From the IMG/VR virus record IMGVR_UViG_3300037465_000037, positions 12,840-76,839 of that record: a stretch of DNA of 64,000 nt; one strand, written 5' to 3'. The notes under the pieces were generated by a model. The model was not told where the DNA came from. It saw nothing but the letters and a program-made list of their open reading frames with translations, and did no database searches. The stretch's first letter is position 1, and each line of letters opens with the position of its first letter. Shown one piece after another: positions 37,397-47,582 of the stretch. The DNA comes from a virus. A program made the translations under genes and the position numbers.

Positions 37397-38647
37397 ATGG
37401 TTGAGCTTGGTCGATTCTTAGGCAATTACCTCGGAGGCAAGCAGCCCGAGCGTATCTTAGATATTCGTCGCATGCCTGGGACTAACAGATTTGAAATCTT
37501 CTGGCCGCAGAATGGAAGAACTGAAAGCTGCGAGCATATCTTTGTCAACCGTACTAGGTTCACTGTTGAGTATTTCGGCAAGGTGCGCAGTGAGTTTGCA
37601 ATCTTTGATAGCAATAGGCATTTCGTTGAGATCCTTAGTAGTGGTCCTAAGAATAGCGATGAGCCCGAAGATATACTTAGGCAATTCTTGGAAGACTTCA
37701 GTAAGCGTAGAGTTGAGCTAAACTGGGAGCCGTCGCTAGACGACAGCGATGTGCAGTCTTACAAGATTTACTCTAATGATGGATCTGGTTCACCAGTAAT
37801 TGATACACTGATTACGACGGTAGATAGAAATACTAGAAGATTTGTTACGGATGACCTTGAGCCCGGTACGTGGAAATTCAGGGTGGACCCTGTTGACGCC
37901 CTTGGCAATCAGTTCACGTCAGTATTAACTGTAACTGTTATAGTTCCAGACTTTGTTGAACCACCTGGGTTGCCCGTTGAGTTCGAATTGCTCTCCAGTA
38001 CGGTTGGTAAGGTTTCGTGGGATGCATCACCCACGCCTTCGCCAACTGAGTACAATGTTTATGCTAATAGTGGCACCGGGTTCATTGACCAAGATGTACC
38101 TTGGGCGACGGTTCCGGGAACAGAGCTAACCGCGACTGGTACTGTATTTGAAGGTGATTGGGTGTTCGTGGTTAGAACAACCAAGACAGGAATTGACCCT
38201 GAAGAGGATGATAACTTTGATAGGCGTGCTGAGGTTAGACTAGAAGGTGTGCCGCTTGCTATTGTTGGTTCATTGCCTAACCCTGTTGCATTCTTCCGCG
38301 CCCGTGCTGCTGCTGGTGGCGAAATCATTGCTGATGTGATTTACGATCCGAGGAACGAGGGCTCTAAGGGTAAGTATTTGAACTTCTATCTGGTGCCTGA
38401 AGATGATGAGTTTGCGTTCGATGATCCGCCAACGGAAGTAGGCACGATCCCGGCACATACATTAGGAACTGAAGGGCCATTTGCAATTTCAGTGAGCCTT
38501 GGGTTGTTTGCTGAGGATACTTACAAGGTGACAGTTAGGGTGGAGAGCGAGAGCGGCGTAGAAGAAAAGAGCGATCCGGTGGTGTTCGTGACAAGTGATG
38601 CCTCAAGTCCCGATGATCTGATTTCTCTGAGTGGGATGCTGGTCTAG
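37397..38647 (+). CDS. Fibronectin type III-domain tail protein
   Basis: LNWEPS...YKIY...DDLEPGTWKFRVDPVD...GN and VSWDAS...YNVY are FN3 patterns. Confidence 0.75.
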   Translation: MVELGRFLGNYLGGKQPERILDIRRMPGTNRFEIFWPQNGRTESCEHIFVNRTRFTVEYFGKVRSEFAIFDSNRHFVEILSSGPKNSDEPEDILRQFLEDFSKRRVELNWEPSLDDSDVQSYKIYSNDGSGSPVIDTLITTVDRNTRRFVTDDLEPGTWKFRVDPVDALGNQFTSVLTVTVIVPDFVEPPGLPVEFELLSSTVGKVSWDASPTPSPTEYNVYANSGTGFIDQDVPWATVPGTELTATGTVFEGDWVFVVRTTKTGIDPEEDDNFDRRAEVRLEGVPLAIVGSLPNPVAFFRARAAAGGEIIADVIYDPRNEGSKGKYLNFYLVPEDDEFAFDDPPTEVGTIPAHTLGTEGPFAISVSLGLFAEDTYKVTVRVESESGVEEKSDPVVFVTSDASSPDDLISLSGMLV

Positions 38648-41124
38648 TGTCGTCGGTCGAAGCTATACCTGGCCTTACAGTAGACACCGTTAACTGTAGG
38701 GTCGCACTCCCTCATGTTAGCATTGTCATGCCTGAAAGTTCTACTACAACCTTCGGCATTCGCTCTGAAGTTCTCAGTGTTGAATGGGCGCGTGATTCAT
38801 CTTTCTCTCGTGCCGTCGTTCGATTGCATGGGAAGCGCGTTGGCTTCTCTTCTGGCCTTTCTGACGAATCTGCAATCGCTGTTGGTGATCGCCTTATCAT
38901 TCGTGTTAGGCCAGAAGGTGTTCACTCTTCCTCTGTTGATATCTTTCATGGAAGAATCTTGAACATCACCCACACTTGGAGTGATCCTGATAGCGAGACT
39001 GTTGATGTGATGGCGGTTGATTTGCGTTACGATATGTTTAGGGAGGCAATCTTTGGTCAACTCGCTGTTGGGGTTGATGAGACTACTGGTTTAGAAACAA
39101 AAAGCGGGCCGTATGGAGGATTGAACTTCTTATCTGGCTTGCCGTGCTTATTCAATCCAAAGGAACTTGAAAAGAATATCGAAGGGCTAGACGAGCCAAC
39201 TAACGAGGTCAACAAAGTTCGCGGTAATGCTCGTAAGATTACCGGCTTTTCAGCCGAGCAACCATTTGTCTTCGACTGCTTTCCATTTGCCCCTGAAGGG
39301 GAAGAGGACGATGCGGACAAGGACCGTGGCATTCGTTGGTCTGCTTATGAGATGTTACGATATTTGTATTTGTACATGGTTGAGCCCCCTGTTTCGGCGA
39401 TTGACGATTTGCTTGAAGACGAAGCACCATTGCCGGCATTCCTGAATCCTGATTTCGTTGGCCTTGGCGCTGGTGAAGGGCTCGATGATGAGTTTCCAAC
39501 TAATATAAGTGTAGAAGGTGAAAATGGTATGGAGGCGTTTACTACTGTTTGCGACGCTGCTGGATTTAGTTGGTGGTTTGACCCGGTTGAGGCTGAGCTT
39601 CGCTTTTGGCGGCGTGGTGTTGGACGTGGCAAAAACTTCTTCTATCTTGAAGATACCTCTGATGGGCTTTCTCCAGACGAAGCTGTTACACTCCCTGAAT
39701 TAGTTACTGCAAGTTGGAACGTTTCGGCTGGTGAGATTGTGTTCAACCATATGGGTATTATCGACGCTTTCATTGGAGTTACTGAGCGGCAGCGCATCCA
39801 GCAAATCTATCCACTTCGAAAGGGATGGAGTGATAGGGTTCATCGTATTTTCGTAGACGTGCTCAGACAGTCGCCTTCCGAAGAGTTCGATGTAGTCGCG
39901 CAACCACAAGGCACACACGAGAGCACAATCTACAAGCTCAAGGGTGACTTCACTGGGTTGCGCTTGATTCGACATCAAGATGGCAAGAAAATTGCAATCG
40001 CACTTACAGTTGATGATAAGGCATTGATGAAGTCCAAGAAAGGTGCGATCTTTGATTTCGGTCGCAAATGGGTGACTGACGAAGCCGGGCGGGGGAAGTC
40101 TGTTACTGGTGCTGCGAGAACGCCTTACGGTTATAACAAGATCGGGTTTGGCAAGATCGGTGGTTCTACTTACTGCATTGCGCCACGTCCATTCTTGGGA
40201 CGGAATAACCAAACTGATGAGCTTGGCGAGCAGTACGGTCCTGTTGTGTTCTTCGGGAAGTTTCATCCAGCGCAGACTAATGAATCCTCTGACAAGTCTA
40301 GGACTTCGGATCTTCGTGCAACATTGGACTCACTAGGGCCTGGCGCTTTCTTGAAAGAAGACGAAGGAGGCAGCAAGCATTATCCATTCGTCGGCAAGCA
40401 GGGTGCTACGCATTTCTTGAAGAACATTGGTGGAATTAGAATCGACGGTGGGAACCTTGAGTATTATGGATTTACTTGGGATGCAGAGCGCCAGGAGATG
40501 TTTGCATTCCCTCCGATTGCACTTGCAACCTGTGAGCATGATCAAGGCGCAGTAAAGTATATTCGAAAGGATTTGAGCAGGTTCTTCTTCGCTCGTCGTA
40601 AGTTCGATGGGAGTAGATTCAAATTTCGCAAGATTCTGGCCGAGGATGCGCGCAAGTATATTCCGCCTTCCCGGGCAAGTGATGATCCAATTCATCCTGG
40701 TGGCGAGGGGAGTGGCGTTCCGCCATCTACTGAGATTTTGCAAGATGTTGATGAATCTGATCAGATGCTTGAGTTTATGACCACACAAATTGATGGTTCG
40801 GCATTCTTGCGCGCCGCTGGCAGGGTGACGATTCCAACGATTACCACGGACTACAGATTGGGTGATAGGGTTGCTGGGCTGAGAGGAAGGATTACAGACT
40901 TCTTGGCTGTGATTGTTGCGATTAGGTTTGACTTCACTACGATGAGCACTGAGATTTCGCTTGAGACTGAAGCATTCAACGTGCGTGGTAATAACTTGGC
41001 AGTGCAACGAGCTAGGGATAGGGCTGTTCTTGGTAGTGGGGCGTTTGATGCTCTTAGCGGAACTAAGGATTTGGCTATGGCTAGGGCGATTCGGCGAAGC
41101 ACGAATAGCACGTTGAGGAAGTAG
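38647..41124 (+). CDS. Large tail tip/hub protein
   Basis: 825 aa; hub-like segments (FTTVCDAAGFSWWFD; YRLGDRV...IVAIRFDFTTMSTEI). Confidence 0.6.
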   Translation: MSSVEAIPGLTVDTVNCRVALPHVSIVMPESSTTTFGIRSEVLSVEWARDSSFSRAVVRLHGKRVGFSSGLSDESAIAVGDRLIIRVRPEGVHSSSVDIFHGRILNITHTWSDPDSETVDVMAVDLRYDMFREAIFGQLAVGVDETTGLETKSGPYGGLNFLSGLPCLFNPKELEKNIEGLDEPTNEVNKVRGNARKITGFSAEQPFVFDCFPFAPEGEEDDADKDRGIRWSAYEMLRYLYLYMVEPPVSAIDDLLEDEAPLPAFLNPDFVGLGAGEGLDDEFPTNISVEGENGMEAFTTVCDAAGFSWWFDPVEAELRFWRRGVGRGKNFFYLEDTSDGLSPDEAVTLPELVTASWNVSAGEIVFNHMGIIDAFIGVTERQRIQQIYPLRKGWSDRVHRIFVDVLRQSPSEEFDVVAQPQGTHESTIYKLKGDFTGLRLIRHQDGKKIAIALTVDDKALMKSKKGAIFDFGRKWVTDEAGRGKSVTGAARTPYGYNKIGFGKIGGSTYCIAPRPFLGRNNQTDELGEQYGPVVFFGKFHPAQTNESSDKSRTSDLRATLDSLGPGAFLKEDEGGSKHYPFVGKQGATHFLKNIGGIRIDGGNLEYYGFTWDAERQEMFAFPPIALATCEHDQGAVKYIRKDLSRFFFARRKFDGSRFKFRKILAEDARKYIPPSRASDDPIHPGGEGSGVPPSTEILQDVDESDQMLEFMTTQIDGSAFLRAAGRVTIPTITTDYRLGDRVAGLRGRITDFLAVIVAIRFDFTTMSTEISLETEAFNVRGNNLAVQRARDRAVLGSGAFDALSGTKDLAMARAIRRSTNSTLRK

Positions 41125-41133
41125 GCGAAGCAA

Positions 41134-41382
41134 ATGCCACTAGACGAACGCCAAATTGCAGACATCATCGAGCGTGTAATCTCTCAACGATTGCATGACG
41201 TAGCTGATTCTACGCCATACATTCCAATGGTCTGCGACCATGGAGAATGGCTGCCTAAAGACAACTATCCTATCGTCGTACCTGGATTGATTGCTAGTTT
41301 CTTCATTGAGGAGATTGAGGCTGAGACATGGGCTACGACATTTGACCCGACTCCGTTTGAAGCACCATGTGAGGATGATTAA
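41134..41382 (+). CDS. Hypothetical protein
   Basis: Acidic 82-aa ORF; its stop abuts the next start. Confidence 0.5.
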   Translation: MPLDERQIADIIERVISQRLHDVADSTPYIPMVCDHGEWLPKDNYPIVVPGLIASFFIEEIEAETWATTFDPTPFEAPCEDD

Positions 41383-42501
41383 ATGGAGAACTCGAAGGAG
41401 ATTTACGAAGGTAGCAAGAGGTTCTATGGCTTGCTGTCCGACTTATTCAAGATTAGGCATACGTCGCTAATTGTGACTGATAGATTAGATACACCAGACT
41501 TGTATGATCCAGTAGCAGGTACGCTGCAAGCTGAGCTTGAATCTTTTGTCCGTGGTCCACAACGATTGTCCTTGGATCTCGACCACGGGTACATCACGCA
41601 AACTGTCAGTCGGCATGGCAGGCCAATTCCTTTCTCATTTGAGAGCGAAACTCATCTGCCTGATGAATTGCGTACTGTTGAAGGCGAAGAAGAGCGACCG
41701 GGACTCAACCAAGAGTCCGTCGGTGCCCTAGCTCGTTTGTCAGATATTATTCATATCTCGATTGCTGAGCCTGCTGACGCTGTAGATTCTGGTGTTGAGC
41801 CTCGCATCTGGAACGACAGGTTCGGGATTGGTGTCGTAGGAGAGGCATCAGACTTAATTGAGCCAACTGAACCAAACTCGGACTTGGTTCATGGGCGCGG
41901 CGAGATACGCACCTCTGCCCACTATTGGCTGAACGAGCTCCATACTGGGCCAATCAATTTTCGTAAAGATTCTGGCGATGAATTTCCGAAAGACTGCTTT
42001 GATCCAGTGAAGTATCGCGTAATGTCGCGCGGGGCTGAGACTGATTTTGAGATTGGGGGTGATCTACGAGGAGAATTCTTTACTGGCGCAATGATGTTCA
42101 ACCGGCAACTGCGCTGTTGGGTGCCGGTGTGTGGGATTAATCCAAAGCCATGTGATTTGCCTACTCCGGTTGATGATGATGATACGCTAGACGAACGTGT
42201 TGATGCGTTTGGGTTTGATTGCTTGGTTGAGGGATTCGGTGGTCCGAATTGTTCGATTCCAGAGGGCTGCGGTCCAATTACTTGTGCTGAGCTTGGATTG
42301 GCGACTATTCAGGAGAGGTTTATTATTCTTGCTGATAGGTTTAATTGCTTGCGGTTTGAGATTGACAAAATGCATTGCATTATGCGGTGCGTGATTACGG
42401 CATTGAATACGGCTAAACTTGCTGAAGGTATTGAGCCAACAGTAACGAGCACGTGCTGCGCTGATGATATTATCTCCAGCACTGAGAGTGGGATCGGCTA
42501 G
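41383..42501 (+). CDS. Minor tail-like protein with a Cys-rich C-terminus
   Basis: 372 aa at the end of the tail module; about ten Cys in the last ~130 aa. Confidence 0.5.
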   Translation: MENSKEIYEGSKRFYGLLSDLFKIRHTSLIVTDRLDTPDLYDPVAGTLQAELESFVRGPQRLSLDLDHGYITQTVSRHGRPIPFSFESETHLPDELRTVEGEEERPGLNQESVGALARLSDIIHISIAEPADAVDSGVEPRIWNDRFGIGVVGEASDLIEPTEPNSDLVHGRGEIRTSAHYWLNELHTGPINFRKDSGDEFPKDCFDPVKYRVMSRGAETDFEIGGDLRGEFFTGAMMFNRQLRCWVPVCGINPKPCDLPTPVDDDDTLDERVDAFGFDCLVEGFGGPNCSIPEGCGPITCAELGLATIQERFIILADRFNCLRFEIDKMHCIMRCVITALNTAKLAEGIEPTVTSTCCADDIISSTESGIG

Positions 42502-42515
42502 TCAAGGGGCGAAGA

Positions 42516-43001
42516 ATGGAAAGCAATAACGTGAGCGAGTTAGAAGTCAGCGAAATGCTGCGCAAGGCGGTCGCCGACAGCAAGAGCGTTGCTACCGAGC
42601 TTCACGCAGAAGCGCAAAGGCTATCTGAGCGGGTTGCATTGGAGCCAGATGAGCTTCAACTAAAGACTGCGAAGCAGGCCGAGCAACGTGCAAGCAATCA
42701 AATGAAGGCCCTAGTTGTTGACGTTGATTTGTACGCCTTGATGAAACTAACGTTGCGTAGCTATGAGGTTTTCATGGCGCGCGACACCAAGCAAGTCATT
42801 CCGCTTACGCCAGAAGAAATTCAAGTTATTGAATCACACGCTGCGACCTTGAATCGCATCATCAAGAATGCGTTTCGTGTGTGCCACGATAAGAAAGCTT
42901 ATTGTCGATTCAGGAATGGAGCGTGTTACTACAGCGACGAGCAATTGACGAAGCAGCCAGCCTTGCTCTCGATGTGCAAGTACAGAGGCAAGGCGATTTG
43001 A
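42516..43001 (+). CDS. Hypothetical coiled-coil protein
   Basis: AAGGGG RBS; helical; Cys-containing C-terminus. Confidence 0.55.
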   Translation: MESNNVSELEVSEMLRKAVADSKSVATELHAEAQRLSERVALEPDELQLKTAKQAEQRASNQMKALVVDVDLYALMKLTLRSYEVFMARDTKQVIPLTPEEIQVIESHAATLNRIIKNAFRVCHDKKAYCRFRNGACYYSDEQLTKQPALLSMCKYRGKAI

Positions 43002-43065
43002 GGAAATGGCAATAAGCTCCGTCAGTTGATGAAGAGCAAAGGAATAACGTAAGGACGGACGAGCA

Positions 43066-43644
43066 ATGAGAACGCTTTTCGGGCGGCCCCTCTCTCCTCA
43101 ACCCAAACTCAATCTTCTCCTACAGGGGGCAGCGTGGTTGATCACCGCACTTGTTTTGCTCTCTACTGGGTGCGTCACTGGCCCGACCAAGGAAGCAGCG
43201 CAAGTCAAATTGACTGGCGATCAAGAGGTATTGAAACTCAAGTATATTGCTGAGGATTTCTGTGACAAGGATTTCACCGCACGTCGGCAGCGTGTTGTTG
43301 AAGTGTGGGAGGAGGGTTGGAAGAAGGCGCAGGGTGCTGATGGCAAGGTATCTGCTGAGTTTGCCGAGGCGTATATCACCAAGAAGAACTTAGCTCTAAC
43401 TGCATTGCGTTTGCTTGAAGAGGAAGCAATGCAGGATATTGATGGTCTATATACAAACTATGTGCGTGCTTCTGGTGGATTGTACGAAGAGTGGGAACGC
43501 CAGGGTAAGCTCACTGCTGCGCATATTGAGGCTTTACGAGAATTTGGTGTGACTGGATTGGAGATGTATCGAAGTCACCAGAAGAAGAAAGCCGAAGAGA
43601 AGGCAGCCAAGAAGGCACTCGAAGCAATGGAGAGCGAGGAGTAA
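43066..43644 (+). CDS. Putative lipoprotein (spanin-like candidate)
   Basis: Hydrophobic AAWLITALVLL followed by lipobox LSTG-C, then a helical body. Confidence 0.6.
   Translation: MRTLFGRPLSPQPKLNLLLQGAAWLITALVLLSTGCVTGPTKEAAQVKLTGDQEVLKLKYIAEDFCDKDFTARRQRVVEVWEEGWKKAQGADGKVSAEFAEAYITKKNLALTALRLLEEEAMQDIDGLYTNYVRASGGLYEEWERQGKLTAAHIEALREFGVTGLEMYRSHQKKKAEEKAAKKALEAMESEE
43113..43132 (+). repeat. Dispersed motif, exact-core copy
   Basis: TCTTCT CCTAC A GGGGG CAG. Confidence 0.8.
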
Positions 43645-43651
43645 GCCAGCC

Positions 43652-43882
43652 ATGCCTATGAGCGATGAAGAGCGGCGCATTCTTGAAGAGTACGGCAGCA
43701 AGATTGATGCTGTTGTCAGCAGTGCGCCCAAGGTCACGGCAATGAACAAGCCTGTGCCGAATGATGTTCTTGACGATCTACTTGCCAAGATGAAAGAAGC
43801 TGGCGCGAAGAGTCAAGAGGAGTTCTTGCGGACGCTACTTAGCGGCGCAAAGGCAATTGCAACACTGGTAGCTACAGCCTAA
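43652..43882 (+). CDS. Small helical protein
   Basis: Last gene of the late operon; amphipathic C-terminal helix. Confidence 0.55.
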   Translation: MPMSDEERRILEEYGSKIDAVVSSAPKVTAMNKPVPNDVLDDLLAKMKEAGAKSQEEFLRTLLSGAKAIATLVATA

Positions 43883-43924
43883 AACACTCCGGTTGCGGTA
43901 CTTCGCCATCGCAATCGGTAGTGT

Positions 43925-43963
43925 CTTGCCCCTGGAAAGGCCCCTTGCCAGGGGCAAGTTTAT
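43925..43963 (+). terminator. Terminator closing the structural operon
   Basis: 11-bp stem CTTGCCCCTGG / CCAGGGGCAAG followed by TTTAT. Confidence 0.7.
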
Positions 43964-44137
43964 CTAATTGTTATCTAGTTCCTCTTCATAGTCCTTTTTG
44001 TCAAACTCGCACCGGTCTGTCAACTTTCGTCCATTCGCCCCAGCGATGGGTCGGGGTGGGAAGTGTGTCTTTGTCAGTAGCACTTGCCGATCTGACATGG
44101 TTCTAATTTTTGATTCGCGGTGTGTCTTTTCGTGCGC

Positions 44138-44166
44138 TTGACAGGTTGTTTAGCTCTTGGTACGGT
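44138..44166 (+). promoter_or_regulatory. Sigma-70-type promoter for the replication operon
   Basis: TTGACA-N17-TACGGT with an extended -10 TG. Confidence 0.75.
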
Positions 44167-44227
44167 TTTAGTACCCGCTTGATGGATGGGTAGATGGATG
44201 GACAAGCGGAGTGTGGAGAGATAAGAC

Positions 44228-44662
44228 GTGCCAGAGATTGACTGGAACGACGGCGACTACGATACAATTACCGCTTTCCTGTTGCAAGTGCAGACAGTCG
44301 AGAGCGATCTATTGAGCCGGGAGGCATTCGTTGAGTGCGCATGTTATCCCGACGATATTGATGCAGATTTACTGGCCTGGACTTTCAGGCATAATATCCA
44401 TTGCGTTTGGTGGGCGAAATATCAAGAGACGTGGCGTGTTGGTGTTACCTACAGTTACATCTCCCCTCTTCGTTGCCAGGATGGCCCGAGGGTGATGTAT
44501 CTTCCGCTCAATGAGTGCGAGATTGACGTTGCTGTCGCAGCGTTGCAATATGTGAAGCATCTGATTCACTGGATCATCCCGAGTGTATTGAATGGTATGA
44601 AGGTTCATTTCAATGAATGGTCTGGAGAGTTGGCATTGACGATGAAGGAGGATGAAAAGTAG
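44228..44662 (+). CDS. Hypothetical protein
   Basis: First ORF after the promoter; GTG start. Confidence 0.55.
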   Translation: MPEIDWNDGDYDTITAFLLQVQTVESDLLSREAFVECACYPDDIDADLLAWTFRHNIHCVWWAKYQETWRVGVTYSYISPLRCQDGPRVMYLPLNECEIDVAVAALQYVKHLIHWIIPSVLNGMKVHFNEWSGELALTMKEDEK

Positions 44663-46045
44663 GTGGCTGATTTCGCAGTTGCGCTTGCTGGGTTGAATGA
44701 CATGCATGATTCCAAAGATATCTACGGGTTCGATGTTGATTTAGCCATTCGCAATCCAACATCTGCTGATACGCTTACCGAAGAGCAAATAAATTACTTG
44801 ATTGAGATTCTAAATGCTAGAGTGAGTAGGTTTACCGAAGCTTTGGATATGTATGATACTGTCATTGGCAAGTATAAGTCTAGGCGTGATGAGTTTGTCA
44901 ATCGAGTTGGCGTAGAGATTGACCGCTACGTTGCGATTATTTCGAGATGGTTTGACGTTCGAAAGAAGACCGGGAAAGTTGAATTACCTGCTGGTAAGGT
45001 TTTCAAGCGTCGAATGCCGCAGAGTGTAGCTGTCGAGGACTTGAAAACATTTATTCAATGGGTTACAGAGAACGGTCGAGAGAATGAGTTGCTGAAGATT
45101 GAACCTGAGATTGCTAAGATTCACAAGTATATCAAGGAGTATGGTGAGATTCCGGCTGGAGTTGAGCTGGTCGGTGGTGATCGTTCTAGGATATATGTAA
45201 GGTTGGAGTGCCAAGTTGATAAGTGTTTGAAGAGTAGGATGATGTGCGAAGTTGCAGAACATGGCAGTGAGTTTGAGATCGGGGAAATTGAGGAAGCTCA
45301 TGATGATCATCCAATGGACGGTGTTGAGGCTGGATGCGCTGCGGCACCACTAGATGTCATTGCCAATGAAAAAGAGTGCGAGACTGCATTTGAGGGTGTT
45401 GTATCTGAGCCTGCGTCAACAACTACAACTGACATTCATTCATTACACCCAGATAAGGAATGGCTCATGCTCAATCTTGGTGAGAGTTACACCAAGGACG
45501 AGCTTAGGGTCCGAGTGAAGGCAGTATTTGACAAGCTGAATCTCACGCAAGAACAACGCAAGGAGTTTGTTATTTCTGCGACTGGAGTTGAGAATCCCTC
45601 GCCTGCTACGCTTGAGTTAAAGCATTACGAAGATATTCTTTACCAGGGCATGCTAGCTCTTGAGCTTCGCAATCGGATTGCACAGGTTGCAAATTACTCC
45701 GAGGATTCTCCAGCACGACCTACGCCTGAAGTTGTAGAGCGCGAGGAGAAGAAGTTTGCTGGCAGTGATAGTGATGACACTGGCGAAGACGCTGGCGAAG
45801 GTGAGTCTGGAGAAGTTGAGGTTGACTGGCGCAACAAGGCAGAGCGTGCTGTCGATGATTGCGATAAGATTGTAGAGATTTGTAAGTCTTTGCCGGGTGA
45901 TGCGAATACTACCGAGCTTCGGGAGCGATTCACTAAGCGAGCACAGGATATCGCGCTCGACATTCGCGGAAAGAATCGCGTGACGAAGCGGCATCAGGAA
46001 GCGATTGACTTGATGTTGCAGGGGCTTTCGGTCTGGTCTAAGTAG
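44663..46045 (+). CDS. Gam-like host-nuclease inhibitor domain plus an acidic C-terminal region
   Basis: Long helix, then KKTGKVELPAGKVFKRR...IAKIHKYIKEYGEIPAGVELV (Mu Gam/gp157-type ending) at about aa 175, plus ~280 extra aa. Confidence 0.65.
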   Translation: MADFAVALAGLNDMHDSKDIYGFDVDLAIRNPTSADTLTEEQINYLIEILNARVSRFTEALDMYDTVIGKYKSRRDEFVNRVGVEIDRYVAIISRWFDVRKKTGKVELPAGKVFKRRMPQSVAVEDLKTFIQWVTENGRENELLKIEPEIAKIHKYIKEYGEIPAGVELVGGDRSRIYVRLECQVDKCLKSRMMCEVAEHGSEFEIGEIEEAHDDHPMDGVEAGCAAAPLDVIANEKECETAFEGVVSEPASTTTTDIHSLHPDKEWLMLNLGESYTKDELRVRVKAVFDKLNLTQEQRKEFVISATGVENPSPATLELKHYEDILYQGMLALELRNRIAQVANYSEDSPARPTPEVVEREEKKFAGSDSDDTGEDAGEGESGEVEVDWRNKAERAVDDCDKIVEICKSLPGDANTTELRERFTKRAQDIALDIRGKNRVTKRHQEAIDLMLQGLSVWSK

Positions 46046-46062
46046 TTAAGGGGCACAACGAA

Positions 46063-46986
46063 ATGGCGAAGCCAAGTCCTTTTATCAAATCGAATGCGCG
46101 TCCTAAGCGCATTCGCATGATGGTTTATGGTGATAGCGGAACAGGCAAGACAACATTTGCGCTTCGTCTTGGTAAGTGTGCTGTCATGGATCTGGAGCGT
46201 AGTTCTGTTGCATATTCTGACGTTGGTGAGTTTGATTTTGAGGTTTCGCCAATCGAGGATATCGGCAAGGCGCTCTCCGACATAAACTGGTTGCTTACTG
46301 AAAAGCACAACTATGTAACATTGGTGATCGACCCAATCACTGTGTTGTACGAAATGTTGATCCGTGAGTGGACGAAGCGATTCTTGAAGTTCCGGCGTTC
46401 TGGTGTGGTTGGGCACAAGCATGAGTTTTACGACATTCAACCCAATGACTGGAGACTCATCAAGCAAGACCTGAAGAGCTTCATTGCTACTCTGCATCGG
46501 CTCGATATGAATTTGGTATGCATTGCGCGTGAGAAGACGCTATATTCTGATTCTAGTGATGAGATGATGAAAAAGGTTGGTAAGACATTCGACGGCGACA
46601 GGTCTTTGGTTTATGAGTTCGACACTGTGCTGCATCTTACAAAGGATGACACTGGTTATTATTGCCAAGTTGAGAAGGATCGGTCGTTGGCCGGGCGGTT
46701 CCCACCGAAGTTCAAGGTTGACAACGATTTCACCAAGCCGCCTACTGAGATTATTAAAGCGATTGGTACTGACTTGTTCCGCGAGCCTGAGCCAATCAAG
46801 CTCGCTACTATTGAGCAGGTTTCTTCAATCAATGCAATGCTTGCTGTGTTGAAGATTAGCGAAGAGGATACGCAGAAGTCTCTAGCTAAGTACAACGTCA
46901 CGCAAGTGAAGGATCTTTCGGAGGAAGATGCACGTCAAGTGATGGCGAAACTCAATGAGCGCATGGACAAGGAAACGCCAATCTAG
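46063..46986 (+). CDS. AAA_24-type ATPase (Sak4-like recombinase)
   Basis: MMVYGDSGTGKTTFA Walker A and LVIDPIT Walker B; adjacent to an SSB-like gene. Confidence 0.8.
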   Translation: MAKPSPFIKSNARPKRIRMMVYGDSGTGKTTFALRLGKCAVMDLERSSVAYSDVGEFDFEVSPIEDIGKALSDINWLLTEKHNYVTLVIDPITVLYEMLIREWTKRFLKFRRSGVVGHKHEFYDIQPNDWRLIKQDLKSFIATLHRLDMNLVCIAREKTLYSDSSDEMMKKVGKTFDGDRSLVYEFDTVLHLTKDDTGYYCQVEKDRSLAGRFPPKFKVDNDFTKPPTEIIKAIGTDLFREPEPIKLATIEQVSSINAMLAVLKISEEDTQKSLAKYNVTQVKDLSEEDARQVMAKLNERMDKETPI

Positions 46987-47026
46987 TCGTAGTGAATAGG
47001 TTGGCATATACAAGCTGGGAGGCTGG

Positions 47027-47512
47027 ATGGCTGGGGAAGCGTCAGTCGAGCAAGAGTTTGACATCAATTGGGATGAGCATGATGAGGCTAGTGGCACTAG
47101 GATCTTCGATCCTGGCGTGTACTTGTGCAAGATTAGCGATGTTTACACCAACCGGACGACGGAGAAGGGCGATCCGTACTGGAGCTTGATGTTCACTGTG
47201 GTGCATGATGAGGAGGGTGACGACACCAACCGGGGCTGTGTCTTTTTCGACAACATCACCTTCAGCAAGGCTGGTACTGGGCGAGCTAAGTTGCTTGCTA
47301 GGTGCGTCGGTTGCGAAACGAGCGGTACTCGTAAGTTCAGCAGCAATGAACTGAAGGGCAAGTATGTCCTTGTTGATATCACGAAGGGCAAGGACAATCG
47401 TGGCAACGACAAGATGCAAGTGTCGTTCGCTGGGTACAGCAAGTACGAAGGGCCGGCTCCGGTAGACCCAGAGCAAACCAATCCGAGCGATCCGACTGAT
47501 ACGCCGTTCTAG
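47027..47512 (+). CDS. DUF669-like single-stranded DNA-binding protein
   Basis: FDPGVYLCKI...GDPYWSL..F..., with an acidic tail ending DTPF. Confidence 0.75.
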   Translation: MAGEASVEQEFDINWDEHDEASGTRIFDPGVYLCKISDVYTNRTTEKGDPYWSLMFTVVHDEEGDDTNRGCVFFDNITFSKAGTGRAKLLARCVGCETSGTRKFSSNELKGKYVLVDITKGKDNRGNDKMQVSFAGYSKYEGPAPVDPEQTNPSDPTDTPF

Positions 47513-47582
47513 TTAGCTAGCTTGCGTATCTGCTCTCAATAGAACAAGGCGCTCCACTTTACGGAACCGCCGCTCGCCTTCC

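Noticed and set aside
26042-41124. Contractile Mu-type tail
   Set aside because: No sheath or baseplate wedge (J-like) gene recognised despite the Mu-like head genes.
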